Assembly (NCBI RefSeq): GCF_009914755.1
Contig: NC_060928.1
Direction: 5' to 3' (one strand)
Origin: the human T2T-CHM13v2.0 reference genome, Homo sapiens
DNA: 64,000 bases
Made by a program: the position numbers and the translations under genes. This document shows positions 13,220-39,515 of this stretch, piece after piece. Position 1 is the stretch's first letter. Each line of letters opens with the position of its first letter. The notes under the pieces were generated by a model. The model ran no database searches and was not told where the DNA came from. It worked only from the letters and a program-made list of their open reading frames with translations.

Positions 13220-13835
13220 TTTTTTCTTTTTTTTTAAATTACTTCCATAAGTTTTTGAGGACCAGGTGGTATTTGGTTACATGAGTAAGTTTTTTAGTGG
13301 TGATTTGTGAGATTTTGGTGCACCCATCACTCGAGCATTATACCTGAACCAAATTTGTAGTCTTTTATCCCTCATCCCCTCCCACCCTTTCCTCCAAGTC
13401 CCCAAAGTCCACTGTATCATTCTTATGCCTTTTGCATCCTCATAGCTTAGCTCCCACTTGTGAGAACATACGATGTTTTCCATTCCTGAGTTACTTCACT
13501 TAGAATAATAGTCTCCAAGTCCATCCATGTTGGTGTGAATGCCATTAATTCATTCCTTTTTATGCCTGGGTGGTATTCCATTCTATATATTTATATCACA
13601 GTTTTTTTATCCACTCGTTGATTGATGGGCATTTGAGCTAGTTCCATACTTTTGCAACTGCGAATTGTGCTGCTGTAAACATACGTGTGCAAGTACCTTT
13701 TGTGTGTAATGACCTCTTTTCCTCTGGGTAGCTATCCAGTAGTGGGATTGCAGGGTCAGATGGTAGTTCTACTTTTAGTTCTTTAAGGAATCTCTACACT
13801 GTTTTCCATAGTGGCTGTACTAGTTTACATTCTAC
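13220..13835 (-). mobile_element. L1PB 3' fragment
   Basis: ggttacatgagtaagttttttagtggtgatttgtgagattttggtgcacccatcac is the reverse of the L1PB 3' UTR; ORF2-end sequence follows. Confidence 0.88.
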
Positions 13836-14608
13836 AAGTGTCATTTTTAAAGTCTGAAATGGTAACCTTGGAGGAAAGACATGAAAAAAAAGCTTAACTC
13901 CTCAAAGTATTCTAAAAGTGGTTTCAGGAGTTATTAATTCCAGTTCCTTACTTTTCCTAACACTCATCCCCTGACTTTTAATTGTCACATTTTTTAAAAT
14001 CCCTACCTTTTGTTGAGCTACCCAATTGTATGACATGTATGTTTGCATTATTTTTCAGAAGAAATGTCTTGAGAAATGGTACAATCTGTGAAACACTGTT
14101 TTCAACAATAGCTATGTTAAGAAATTAATTTCAATTGACTTTTTAAACTTGTATTTAAAATGCTTTCAGAGACTCTAAGTGAAGTTTCTCCTTGAAAAAA
14201 ATCGTTAATTGGCCAGTTTTTCTTGGCAAAGTTTAGAAGAAGTTTAAAATTCATTTACTATGTTTCTCTAAAAACATTACTTTTGGAACACTATCCTGTT
14301 GTCACCTATTCTGCATGATATTAAATGTAAAATTGCCAGCATTTTTGTCATTTCTCAGCATGAAATTGGTGGAAACATAAATCAGAACTTATTTTGATAC
14401 TGCTATTTAGCATTCATATAGCAAATATATTTGCAAATAATTTCTTAAAATTTTAAATAATATAGTTATATTTCACATATTAAGGAAAATACAAATGCAA
14501 AGCATCTCTAATTTTTTATAAAAAGTTTTTTTTGGAACTAAGTAGACTTTGATTCATATTGTAATAATCTTATTGATATTGTTTTAGTCAGTTTCTTCTA
14601 CAAATTAC

Positions 14609-14791
14609 TTTTTTTTTTTTGATTGGAGACAGAGTCTCACTGTGTTGCCCAGGCTGGAGTGCAGTGCCACACAGTCTCGGCTAACTACAACCTCCATTTC
14701 CTGGGTTCAAACGATTCTCGAGCCTCAGCCCCCTGAGTAGCTTGACCTCCCAAAGTGCTGGGATTTCAGGTGGGAGCCACTGAACCCAGCC
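14609..14791 (-). mobile_element. Internally deleted Alu (monomer length)
   Basis: Right-arm sequence joins directly to the left-arm 5' end; TSD tctacaaatt. Confidence 0.85.
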
Positions 14792-17321
14792 CATCTACAA
14801 ATTCATAAAATGTCTGATAAATACTTGGTGCTTTGTAAAGACTGTTGAATGATTAAATGGATAAATGGACTATGTTTTTTAAATCTGCTTTTTCAAGATA
14901 CTAGGTGAATAGGAGTATAATTTCTAAATGTGATTTATTAAGATTACGTGTATGCTCCTCAGGTAGTCATCTTCACTGTCAGCACATGGATCTATAATCT
15001 AAGTTTTAGTAAGTCACTCCCCCCACCCTGTACCACCAGCTTCTCCCTTGCTTCACCCACATTGTTGTGAGCTTTGGTAATCTAAGGGGCAGTTTAGCGT
15101 GTGATAAACAGAAGTACATTAATACGTAATGTGTTTTCTTCCAGAAGAAATTAAAGTCAGTAATTTTACAGTATGGAAGAAAGTGGGCAACTGTTTAAAG
15201 AATTCTATATTAAGAACATAAATTGTTTAGTTGACAAATTGTAGGGATTTCTTCAACTTGAAGAAAATGGAAAATATATTATTTTTAGAAATGCATAATA
15301 GTTGTGTTCTCTTGAAAATACATTTTGTCTAAAGAACCAGTGATTCAGCTTTGGACACAGGTACCAAAATGATTTTAAGCATTAGCACTTGAGTACAAAG
15401 TACATGTGAAAGCACTTCCTCTGTTTTTTCTGGGCAGAGCACCAGATACAGAACTATCAAATCTAGAATTTTCTTCAAATATACTTTCACCTGAGCCTAT
15501 TTCCTATCTTATAAAATACAATATAAAAGTATACCTTTATTATTACCTTTAACTGGCTATTTTTTGTAAGATGTACATTTAAAATGTTCAAATAATACTC
15601 AGCTGCTTTGCAGGTTATTTGAGTGATTCTCACATGAGCATCATAACTCTAAAACCATATGTTCTATCCTGATACAGCTGGTGGGAGGGGGTCAGATAGT
15701 TGCATCACTTACCTTTAGCTATGATTAGTGCCTGGTTTTGACTGACTTTCACCTTTAACTCTTCTCTCTCCCAAACCACCTTCTGCCAAATTGATTATTC
15801 ATTAATAAAGAACAGTGAGAAGAGAGGTATTTTCTTTGACTCCTACAGTTTGTTTCTAAGCTGTCCATCAAACATTCTAATTTTCCTTGTTAAATATTCA
15901 CGTGTTTTCCAGTATTTGCTACTGAAGGAGGATGGGAAAGTAGGTTCAAATTGGTAATAACAGGCATAGAAGCTGAGTTTCAAAAATTTCCTAAAATTAG
16001 TATGTCTAACAGATCTAAAAATCTACTGGTTGAGATTTAGTGAAAAACACATCCAGCAATAAGTACTAACAATAGAATGATAAAGAGATGTAGCTACTGT
16101 CTTGTTACCTGCTGTTCTGCTTCCCAAACACAATCCACATTTTCTTGAAAGCCGTTTGAGATTATGTAAATATAACCATTCTTATGTACGCTAAAGATGG
16201 TAGAATCTAAACCAACAAAAAGCCTACACATAACAGTTTAACAATGAGGATATGGTGCACCTTCTGTCCTTATAATATGCAAATTAAGTGCATTTGTATC
16301 TCCAGTAAAAGCTGTGGCTGTGTAGTGATGAATAAGAACTTTAAACACACATGACACCTCGTTAAAATGTAATTTTCACATCATATATCTGAGCCCTTTA
16401 CTATGACAGCTGAGTAATGTGAGTGCTGGGCAGAGAATCCTGAACATTTTGAAACTGCCACGTGTTTAATAGGTAGCTGAATCTGCTTCCTGAATGGTTT
16501 AGTTAAATATGGTGCACCCTCGTCAGAAAATGGAGCCTAAAAGTAGTAGGATCTTAAATCAAACTTGTCCTCAGCCTAGGGTATGATTCCTTCACAGTTC
16601 CACTTGAGATACCACATTGTCTCTAAAGTTTAATTTACATCTATCTTAGTAGCTGAGTGAACTTTACAAAAAGGAAAAAATAGTCAGCAACTTGTTGCTA
16701 ATTTCAGCCCTATCTGTATTTTTATGCATCAGCTGTTTTCTCTGTCTGCAGAGGAGCCCCTTCTTTTTCTTTCCAGTGCTGCTTCTTTGCTTGCAGTGAC
16801 AGCTGCTGCCTGAAGGACATTGCTGCTGCTGATTTTTCAGGGAGCACAGCCAAAGCTTGTGAAATTTGCAAGAGCTATTCCATTGCCACTTCACAGCAGC
16901 TGAATTTTCTCTTACGCTTTTTTTTAAACCTTTCCTGTATTTTTATTTCTTCATAATTGAGGGTAAAACTTCCCAGAATGACATCTGCCTTTCAGGCTCT
17001 GAGTAAAAGAATCACAGTCCTGTACAAAGCAAAGCTGAACTTAACTATACAGCTGAACCTAGTGTTTGTTATTCATCTGACTAGGTGACCTTCCAAATGG
17101 ATGAGAGAAGAGGCAAGGAATAAAAAGGTTCACAAACGCTCTAACGTTAGTTGTGTTTCTACAGAATGATGTCCCTGATAAATGTATAATTGTTAGACAT
17201 GAAATCAAAATCATTTATATGTGTATTTCACAGTAATAAAGAAAGATGACTTATTTGTGAATAAGCTTCCCACTCACACCAGCTGTCCTTTCTGTAGCCA
17301 TTTCACTGCTCATTAGCATGT

Positions 17322-17335
17322 CCACCAGAGGGCAG
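17322..17335 (+). promoter_or_regulatory. Candidate CTCF site
   Basis: CCACCAGAGGGCAG matches the CTCF core CCASYAGRKGGCRS. Confidence 0.6.
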
Positions 17336-17481
17336 GCAGGTGGAACTGGAATAGTGTTGTTGCTCTTCATTGGCACGTCTTTTAAGGGTTGGTAACAGTG
17401 CCAAAAGTAATGATTATCTAGGGGTTCCACCGTAAGAATCCAATGCTTCTACCCATCTTAGCACAGATAAGTGAGAGTTGA

Positions 17482-17880
<399 letters not shown>

Positions 17881-18339
17881 TGTTTTTAGCATTTTTAAGT
17901 AGTGTTCAAATACCTTGGACTAGGCTTGACAGGCAATAGTATGAGTTTTTAAGCACAAAGGTATTTCCTTCTTAATAACTACTTTACCACTAGAAAGCTA
18001 AATTATCGGATAATAATGATTAATGACAAAATAATTCAAGATACGTAAATGACAGGTAAAATCTACTATACTATATAATTTTACAAGATGAGGTATGTTA
18101 ACTGATTTCCCTGAAAACAAATGGAGAACACTTCATCTTATTTACTTAAAAAGAATTCTGGCTGCTTTTCATTATACCTTTCAGTAGTACAAATCAATGG
18201 CCAAACTTTTTGCATCTATTTATACTAGCGAAGATACAAATCAAAATTAGCCAGTGCTTTCTATATAAAATGCCTTGTGACTGCAATATTTTAGCCTTAA
18301 ATTTTTTTTTTTTTCAATAATGTTAGAAAAAACAATTCT

Positions 18340-18655
18340 GGCTGGGCTCGGTGGCTCATGCCTGTAATTCCAGCACTTTGGGAAGCCAAGGCAGGCGGAT
18401 CACAAGGTTAGAAGATCGAGACCATCCTGGCTAACATGGCGAAACCCCGTCTCTATTAAAAATACGAAAAATTAGCTGGGAGTGGTGGTGGGTGCCTGTA
18501 GTCCTAGCTACTCAGGAAGCTGTGGCAGGAGAATGGTGTGAACCCAGGAGGCGGAGCTTGCAGTGAGCAGAGATCAGATCGTGCCACTGCACTCCAGCCT
18601 GGGTGACAGAGCAAGACTCCATCTCAAAAAAAAAAAAAAAAAAAAAAGAAAAGAG
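18340..18655 (+). mobile_element. Alu (Y/Sc-like)
   Basis: Full body, poly-A, TSD aaaacaattct. Confidence 0.95.
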
Positions 18656-19022
18656 AAAACAATTCTGCCAAAAAACATACAGGAGTAAGTGAAGAGTTCG
18701 GTATTTGTTGACATTAAGATTTATCTGAAAATTATCTCTAATGCTAGTTATTTTTTTAAGTGAGAATGTCTTTGAAGAAACTTTTGCCTTTCAAAACAAG
18801 AAAATAGTACTATATTTAGAAACACACTACTCATTAAATGATGAAATAGATTATTTTTAAAACATGGCAAATCTTTCAATATCTACGATAATTTGGCTGT
18901 TAGCATTCATATTTAAATAGTAAGTGAAAGTTAAGACTTCTGTATTTTATGAGAAGCCCACTGAGGGCCATGGGTAGTTTGTGGTGAGGTAAAGTGGAAT
19001 TGAAAGAATTAAGAAAAAGACA

Positions 19023-25190
<6,168 letters not shown>

Positions 25191-25809
25191 AAGAAAAAGA
25201 CAAAAATGAAAAATGGAATTCAGGCACACAGATCTGCTGTGAGATGTAGAAGCAGTAGTTGAAATTGGATTTAAGTCAGAAGATGAATGATTCATTGATT
25301 GATTCTTTTTTTATTCCTTTCTTTCCTTCAGACAGGTACTATGTCTTTAAGTGGAGCTGAACCGTGCCACTATTCTATGTTCTGTGGTTGTTACAAGAAA
25401 GAACAAGGCAGGCATTGGCCCTGTCTTCATGAACTTACAGTCTATTGAAAACAAATTGAGAAGAAAGAAAAAAGGGGATGGTTAAAAAAAAAAAAAAAAA
25501 AAAAAAAGGCAGTATTCCCTACTATTTTTTAGGTGTTTGCTGGCCATTTACAAAGATTATCAGATGTAAGTCTATCAATAATCATGCAAAGGCAGCATCA
25601 TACTGATTACCAGATGAAGAAATTGAGCATCAGGGAGTTTTAATAATTAAAATGTCACATACGTAGTCCAGAGCTACATTTAGAATCCTCGTCTGCCTGA
25701 CTTTCTGCTTTGTCACATTGCCTCCATCAGGGATTTAAAAGAATACAGGTGCCACAACTGAAAAACAAGGTAAGGAAAAGCAGGATGGACATATATTAGA
25801 ACTGAAGTC

Positions 25810-26127
<318 letters not shown>

Positions 26128-26214
26128 CTAAAGGAGCAAATAAATGCAAGGCAACAAGGACATGTGAATCTTGAAGTGGAATCTGGGCAAGCAAACAGTA
26201 ACCAGTGTTGTAGA

Positions 26215-26482
26215 GCAGGATTCCTCCGTAGCGGTCTGTGGCCTGTTAGGAGCAGGGCCATACAGCAGAAGTTGAGCCGCAGATGTTGAGCAGCAGGTGA
26301 GCGAGCATTACTGCCTGAGCTCCGCCTCCTGTCAGATCAACAGTGGCATTAGATTCTCATAGGAGTGAGAACCCTATAGTGAAGTGTATATGCAAGGGAT
26401 CTAGATTATGTGCTCCTTAATGATAATCTAACTAATGCCTGATGATCTGAGATGAAACAGTTTCATCCCAAAACCTTCCCCT
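26215..26482 (+). mobile_element. MER1 (hAT-Charlie) fragment
   Basis: gcctgagctccgcctcctgtcagatca...ggcattagattctcatagga...gcctgatgatctg. Confidence 0.85.
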
Positions 26483-27949
26483 CAAATTCCTGAGTTAAGA
26501 ATTTGCTTTAGTTTATCAAATCAGAGCCTGAAATGGTAATTAATTTTAACCTATTATTCTAAATGAAAATAAGGTATGACTTTTCAATAAATAAAATCTG
26601 AACTATGTTATTGCCCCTTATTCACTGGTTGACTAAAATCCATAATAAGTTATTATTATTTCGTTTGAGATTACATATTTAACCCTTAAAAACAAACACT
26701 ATTAGGTACAGAGAAGGGAACTAAGGCTCAGAGATATAAAGTCTCCTGCCCAGAGGAACCCTTTTCGTAAGTGTAGATTTGGGCCCAATTCTGAATTACA
26801 AAGCTGAAATACTTTGTGCTTTCAGTAGAAAAAAGTATATAATGCAGACAAGCATACAGAAAATAGTGATATAGTGGTGTGTGGATTGCGGTATGTGTGT
26901 GCATTTAGACAAATTTGAAAAAACGATTTAATTATTGGAGGATTAGTAAGATTAGTTAGAAACTTTTGCAGAGATTCTGAACAATTTGAAAGACTAGAGA
27001 TTTGGAGACTGAATATGTATTAGATTTAACTCTAGCATACATTATTTGCATGTTCTTAATTTTGATGTAAACTGGACATTCAGACGTATTGCTAACAACA
27101 CTCTCATGCTTATATCTATGAGCAGGATTGACAAAATGGTGGAAATGGTGAAAAGTAGAATGAAGAAAGGAAAGGAGAAATAAAAGAGAAATACATTTTT
27201 TATTTGAAAATAAATGAACAAGTAATGGATGGGCTCACTTTCTTCTAAAGAAAGTGATGAAAGAACGGCATTTTCTTATTTTAAAAAGTTATTTCCCAGG
27301 ATTGATTTAACTGACCTTGGGTAGTTAACAATATGATTAAGGACAAAGTGAGGAGTGCTTATATACTGCTGGTTGGAATATAAAATGTTATAACCACTTG
27401 GAGAGCAATTTGTCCATACTTACCTCGGGAAGAAAAGTATTTTGTTCCTGCTCTTATAGATTCTCAGCTTGGGCTCTGTAACCAAAAACAGATTAACAAG
27501 AATAAAGAATAGAAATTTTTGCTTTTATTTAATATAAGTTTTGTATAACATAGGCTTCCTAAGGAAATAAAGACCCCCAAAGTGATTAAACTTCAGTGCT
27601 TTTACAATAGGCTTGGAAAGCCTATTATATTGCCTATTACTAGCCTGGAAAGCCTATTATATTGCCTATTATTATATTGCCTAATAAGCATATTATTATG
27701 GAAAACCATGGAAAAATGTGATAGGACAAAGGGGTATGAGTTAAAAGCAGTAGACTGGAGAAATGTTGGCAAGTTCTGTTCATTCAGATTTCTCTGTGTT
27801 CCTTCATCCTCAGAGATAAGAATGCTCCTTTCCTCTGGGTATTTGGAGAGTACTTCTTACATGATGGTCTTATGTTCTGCTTCAGGGGACTGTCAGAGGT
27901 ATTTTCCTGCACTAGTGGTTTCTCTTGAGGTTATAATATTCAGTATGCT

Positions 27950-28237
27950 GGCTGGGCACAGAGGCTCACAACCTGTAATGCCAGCACTTTGGGAGGCTGA
28001 GGTAGGTGGATTGCTTGAGCCCAGGAGTTCAAGTCCAGCCTGGACAACATGGTGAGACCTCGTTTCTACAAAAAAATGCAAAAATTACCAGAGCATGCTG
28101 GCATTCACCTGTAGTCCTAGCTACTCAGGAGACTGAGGTGGGAGGATCACGTGAGCCTGGGAGGTGGAGATTGCAGTGAGCCAAGATTGCTGTACTGCAC
28201 TCCAGCCTGGGTGACTGAGCAAGATCCTGTATCAAAA
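27950..28237 (+). mobile_element. AluJ inserted in the MER31-like LTR
   Basis: ggattgcttgagcccaggagttc; TSD tattcag(t/c)atgc. Confidence 0.92.
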
Positions 28238-29855
28238 ATATATATGTATTCAGCATGCCAAGGTGCCATATTTGGGGGTATTGTGTACTGAACCTATTAT
28301 TACCCCAACTGAAACTTCCCCCAGGAAGTTTTACAGTCCAAAAACTGAGTTGGTAGATTGTCCCATATCCCATTGAAATAGTCTGTCAGTCCTAGGAAGA
28401 GGATAGTTCAGTTAAATAATTGTATCTCATTTCGGGAGACACCATAAAGGTAGAAATAGGGAGCTCCCCTCCCCGAACTCCTCTAGATGGTATGAACAAT
28501 CAAGCATTTAGTAAGGCACATTTCTGTGAAAAAAAAAAAAAAAAACAAAGATGAAAAAGATAACTGGTTAGAACAAACTGTAAATTCTGTTTTTGATTCC
28601 AGAAGGCAGTCACTCAGGATTTCAGGACATTTGGCTCAAAGTGTCTTTAGATGATGGCATGAGAATGGAAGTAGCCATTCAATAAATTTCCTGGCTTGTA
28701 GTCTGAATGCCTCTGGTGATGAAAGAGTTACGGTTACTTCTCAGAGCATAGTATGGAAGTTTCCAGTCTCAATGTCCAGGGCTTCTTTAGATATTCCTAA
28801 CAAGAACCTGAGCAGTAAGGTTTTAACCCTCAGTGGTAACAACTTAAGAGGGTGAGAGAAAAACTGGAAACATTAATTTGAAGAGTTATAATCAGGTATT
28901 GGAGGATGCTAGAATTGAGCATGATCTAGTCTACTTTACAGAGACATAACAAAGTTTCAAAGACAGAGAACAGGATTAGATTCTATGTTTGAAATAATAT
29001 TGGAATAATTTTATTCTCTATAGTTACTTCCAATTCTATCAAAGTAAGACTAATTTGATAGCAAAATAAGTCCAACCCCATTAAACTTTTCCTCATTATT
29101 TACATTAGTGCAGCAAGAATGTACTTGACCACATAGGTCCTTTTTTGAATTTGCTTCCCTGGAACTTATGATAAGGAATCTCAGATTAGACTTTTAAAAG
29201 CGCCTGGAGGCTAGGATACCAAGCCAATGGACTTGCCATCAGTCTTTGCCTGTGGCACCTATAGATTTGGGTGAAATCCACTCTTCCCAAGATACTCAAT
29301 GTATTTGGAGGTTCCTGAGCCTGCCGGGAAGTGACCTTCCTTATTCACATGTAAGGCTGAGAATTCTGTAAGCCAGGTCCAAGGCCAGTTTCGAAGGGTC
29401 TTTGTAATCATTGGCCCCATGAAATCAAATTTAGTTCCTTAAAACTTTCTAGTCATATCTGATTCTATACATATTATTTTCAAATATGACCTTCCAGTCA
29501 AAGGCTTAGCAATATAACCAATGTTTCTAGTTATTTTCTGTTATAAAAAGTACATATTCTTATTGAACTTATTCATATATTTATATTGCCTTGAAAATAA
29601 GAATAATCAACAATAGTTTCCAAATCTAGAGAGATCAGGCAGAGAAAACAAATAAATATTTTATTTTTCTTTATAGTTTCCCAGATTGTTGTAAGGTATA
29701 GACAGCTTGAGAGAAAAAGAGAAGAAGTTTTCTTTAATTTGAAAAACAAAATATTAAAGAACCAGCAATATCTCAATCAAAAAAGTAATTTAAAAATTAT
29801 AATATTCCTTATGAGTTCATTTAGTTCCATGTAATTAATTCTTTTTATGCTTGAT

Positions 29856-36716
<6,861 letters not shown>

Positions 36717-36810
36717 GATCTTGGGTTAGTTTTATGAATAAATCAGATTTTTTAACTAGAGTTCTGGAAATTTTTACCCAGTCAAAGCATATGATCTTAT
36801 TATTGCCAGA

Positions 36811-37270
36811 GGCCAGGCATGGGTGGCTCATGCCCTTAGCCCCAGCACTTTAGGAGACTGACACAGGAGGATTGCTTGAAGCGAGGATTTCAATACCAGC
36901 CTGAGCAACAAAGCAAGATCCCGTCTCTACACAAAATTTTAAAATTTAGCCAGGCATGGTGGCACACACTTGTAGTCCTGCCACATTGAAAGACTGAGAT
37001 AGAAGGATTGCTTGAAGCCAGAAGTTCGATACCAGCCTGGGCAACAAAGTGCGACCCCATCTCTACAAAAACAAATTAATTAGCTGGGTGTGGTGGCACA
37101 TACCTATAGTGTCTCAAATCCTCAGGTGGCTGACGTGAGAGGAGTGCTTGTGCCCAGGAGCTGGAGGCTGCAGTGAGCTATGATCACACCACTATACTCC
37201 AGCCTGGGCAACAGAGTGAGACTCTGTCTCTAATAAATAAATAGATAAATAAACAAACAAATAAATAAAA
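36811..37270 (+). mobile_element. Trimeric AluJ
   Basis: Three monomers separated by two A-rich linkers (~36930 and ~37066). Confidence 0.85.
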
Positions 37271-38484
37271 TTATCAGAAACCTGTACTTCAGAGTATTTA
37301 TTAGAGTATGTTTCATGAATTTGTTTGAAGATAGAGCAATTTTGGCCTGCTGCTAATTGTGAACATTTTCAGAGAAGAATCTGAGTAAAACAATAATTGT
37401 CTGTAAATGACAAAAGACTTAAAGTGGTCATGGTTAAAGATCTGATAGGAGCTTATTATAATGTGGCATATAATGTTCTAAGATAACTGATTATGAGTGA
37501 TTTATGTAGACAGAAAGAACATTGACAAATTTCTAGGAATTTCATAAAATTTTTGAAACATTTATATTAAAAATATATAGCCATATAAATACAACTTAAA
37601 GAAGGTTAAGCATTACTTTTTATTTGACAATGCTTCTTATGTAATTCAGTATCTCAAATAAATCTAATGAGTTTAACATCTCTCTTTTTACAAGATGAGA
37701 GAACATATTATTTAAGATTTTCCAGGGGTGCTCTGGGAAATCACAAAGTTAGTTTTGAGGTCAAAAAGACTATTTAAATTTGATATTGAGGTGCTTGTCA
37801 AAAATGTGAAAAGTTTTGAACATGTCATTAAGTAGGCTTACTACTATGAAACAATACTTATTTATTTAACTAGTGTGACAATAAAAGATTTCAAAGGCAA
37901 ATACCGTAAGTTAAATAACTGTGAAAAAAATTTTAGCTCTTCTAATATTGAGAAAACTTGGTTTTCCTAAGCAAAGATCTGATAAATACAACATGAAGCA
38001 CAGGAAATTATTTTGCTAAGATACAAAAATCTTTGTTTCCTAAGTAGATTACTTAAAAGATAAAGAGAAATCTCTTATTTTTTAATAAGAACAGACCAAT
38101 AATCCAAGAAAACTATCATTCTGGTTTTACATCATTATGCTTATAATGTTGTCTCATTTTCTTTAACTTAGAAATAAATCCATTCTATCTTAGCAGCTGG
38201 CTACACATAAAATTCTTTTCCTACAAACCCTCTACATGTTTTTTAACATCCATTCAGTTTTGGTGCTACTCTTTTCCTTTTTCTCATTCTGGAACAACCA
38301 GTCATTCTACCTTAGGACAAAATTACTCTTTTTTTCCCCTTAAAAAAAGAAATATATGCTTCATACCACATTTCTCTTTTTAAATCAAAAACACATCCTA
38401 CTTTTCTTGCACACTTTGCATAAAGATTTTTTTTCTTTACTCTTTTTATTCATAGTAGTTTCATTTATTTTTAACCGTTAGTAA

Positions 38485-38747
<263 letters not shown>

Positions 38748-39515
38748 AAGCAACATTTCTTTTTCAGAGAAAACTAGGAAATAGACAATTGTGAATTGCC
38801 TGTCATATGTCAGTATTCTGTAGCTGAGTGGCACATTTACGAATATACTATCTTGTGTTTTATAGGTATATGCTATTTCCTCACGGTATAGTTTCTCATG
38901 TGTATTAACATACCCAAATATATTTAGTTTCTTTATACTGTATAAAAACAAGATGCCAAAAATACATAAATTTAAATTATGTTCAGTAATGAATGTTTCA
39001 GTATTGTATTCTATTTGGAAATTTTGAAACACACACATAAACACTATATACATATATATATAATTTAGCATAATTCTAAGGTTGAAAGTTACTATAAATA
39101 TTTTTTAGAAACTGAATTTAGGCAGACATAGTATAATACCAAACAAAGCTAACCAACATTTTAACTTATTTCCCTCTTAACTATTTTTAACCTTATTTGG
39201 CTACTAAATCCAGTAGAATAAAAATGTATGCTCATATTATACATAATGCTAATAACTCAGAATACATAGCTATTTTTATTAAACCAACCATATTAAACTA
39301 ATCTTTTATATCAACAAACATATCCAAGTCATGTGAACATGAAAACTTTTCACATTCTGTATTTCCTGGGGTTTCAGGAATATTTATTTTATGTAAATGT
39401 TCATTTATCTCTAAGCCAATTTGAATAAACCATTACATAATTTTATAAATTAATTTGGTAACACTATTCAGAAGTAGGAGAGTATCATGTATACATTACG
39501 TATACATATACAAGT

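Noticed and set aside
15600-17340. Identification with the published ADHD-associated ADGRL3 enhancer
   Set aside because: It cannot be placed from sequence alone, and no coordinates are available here.
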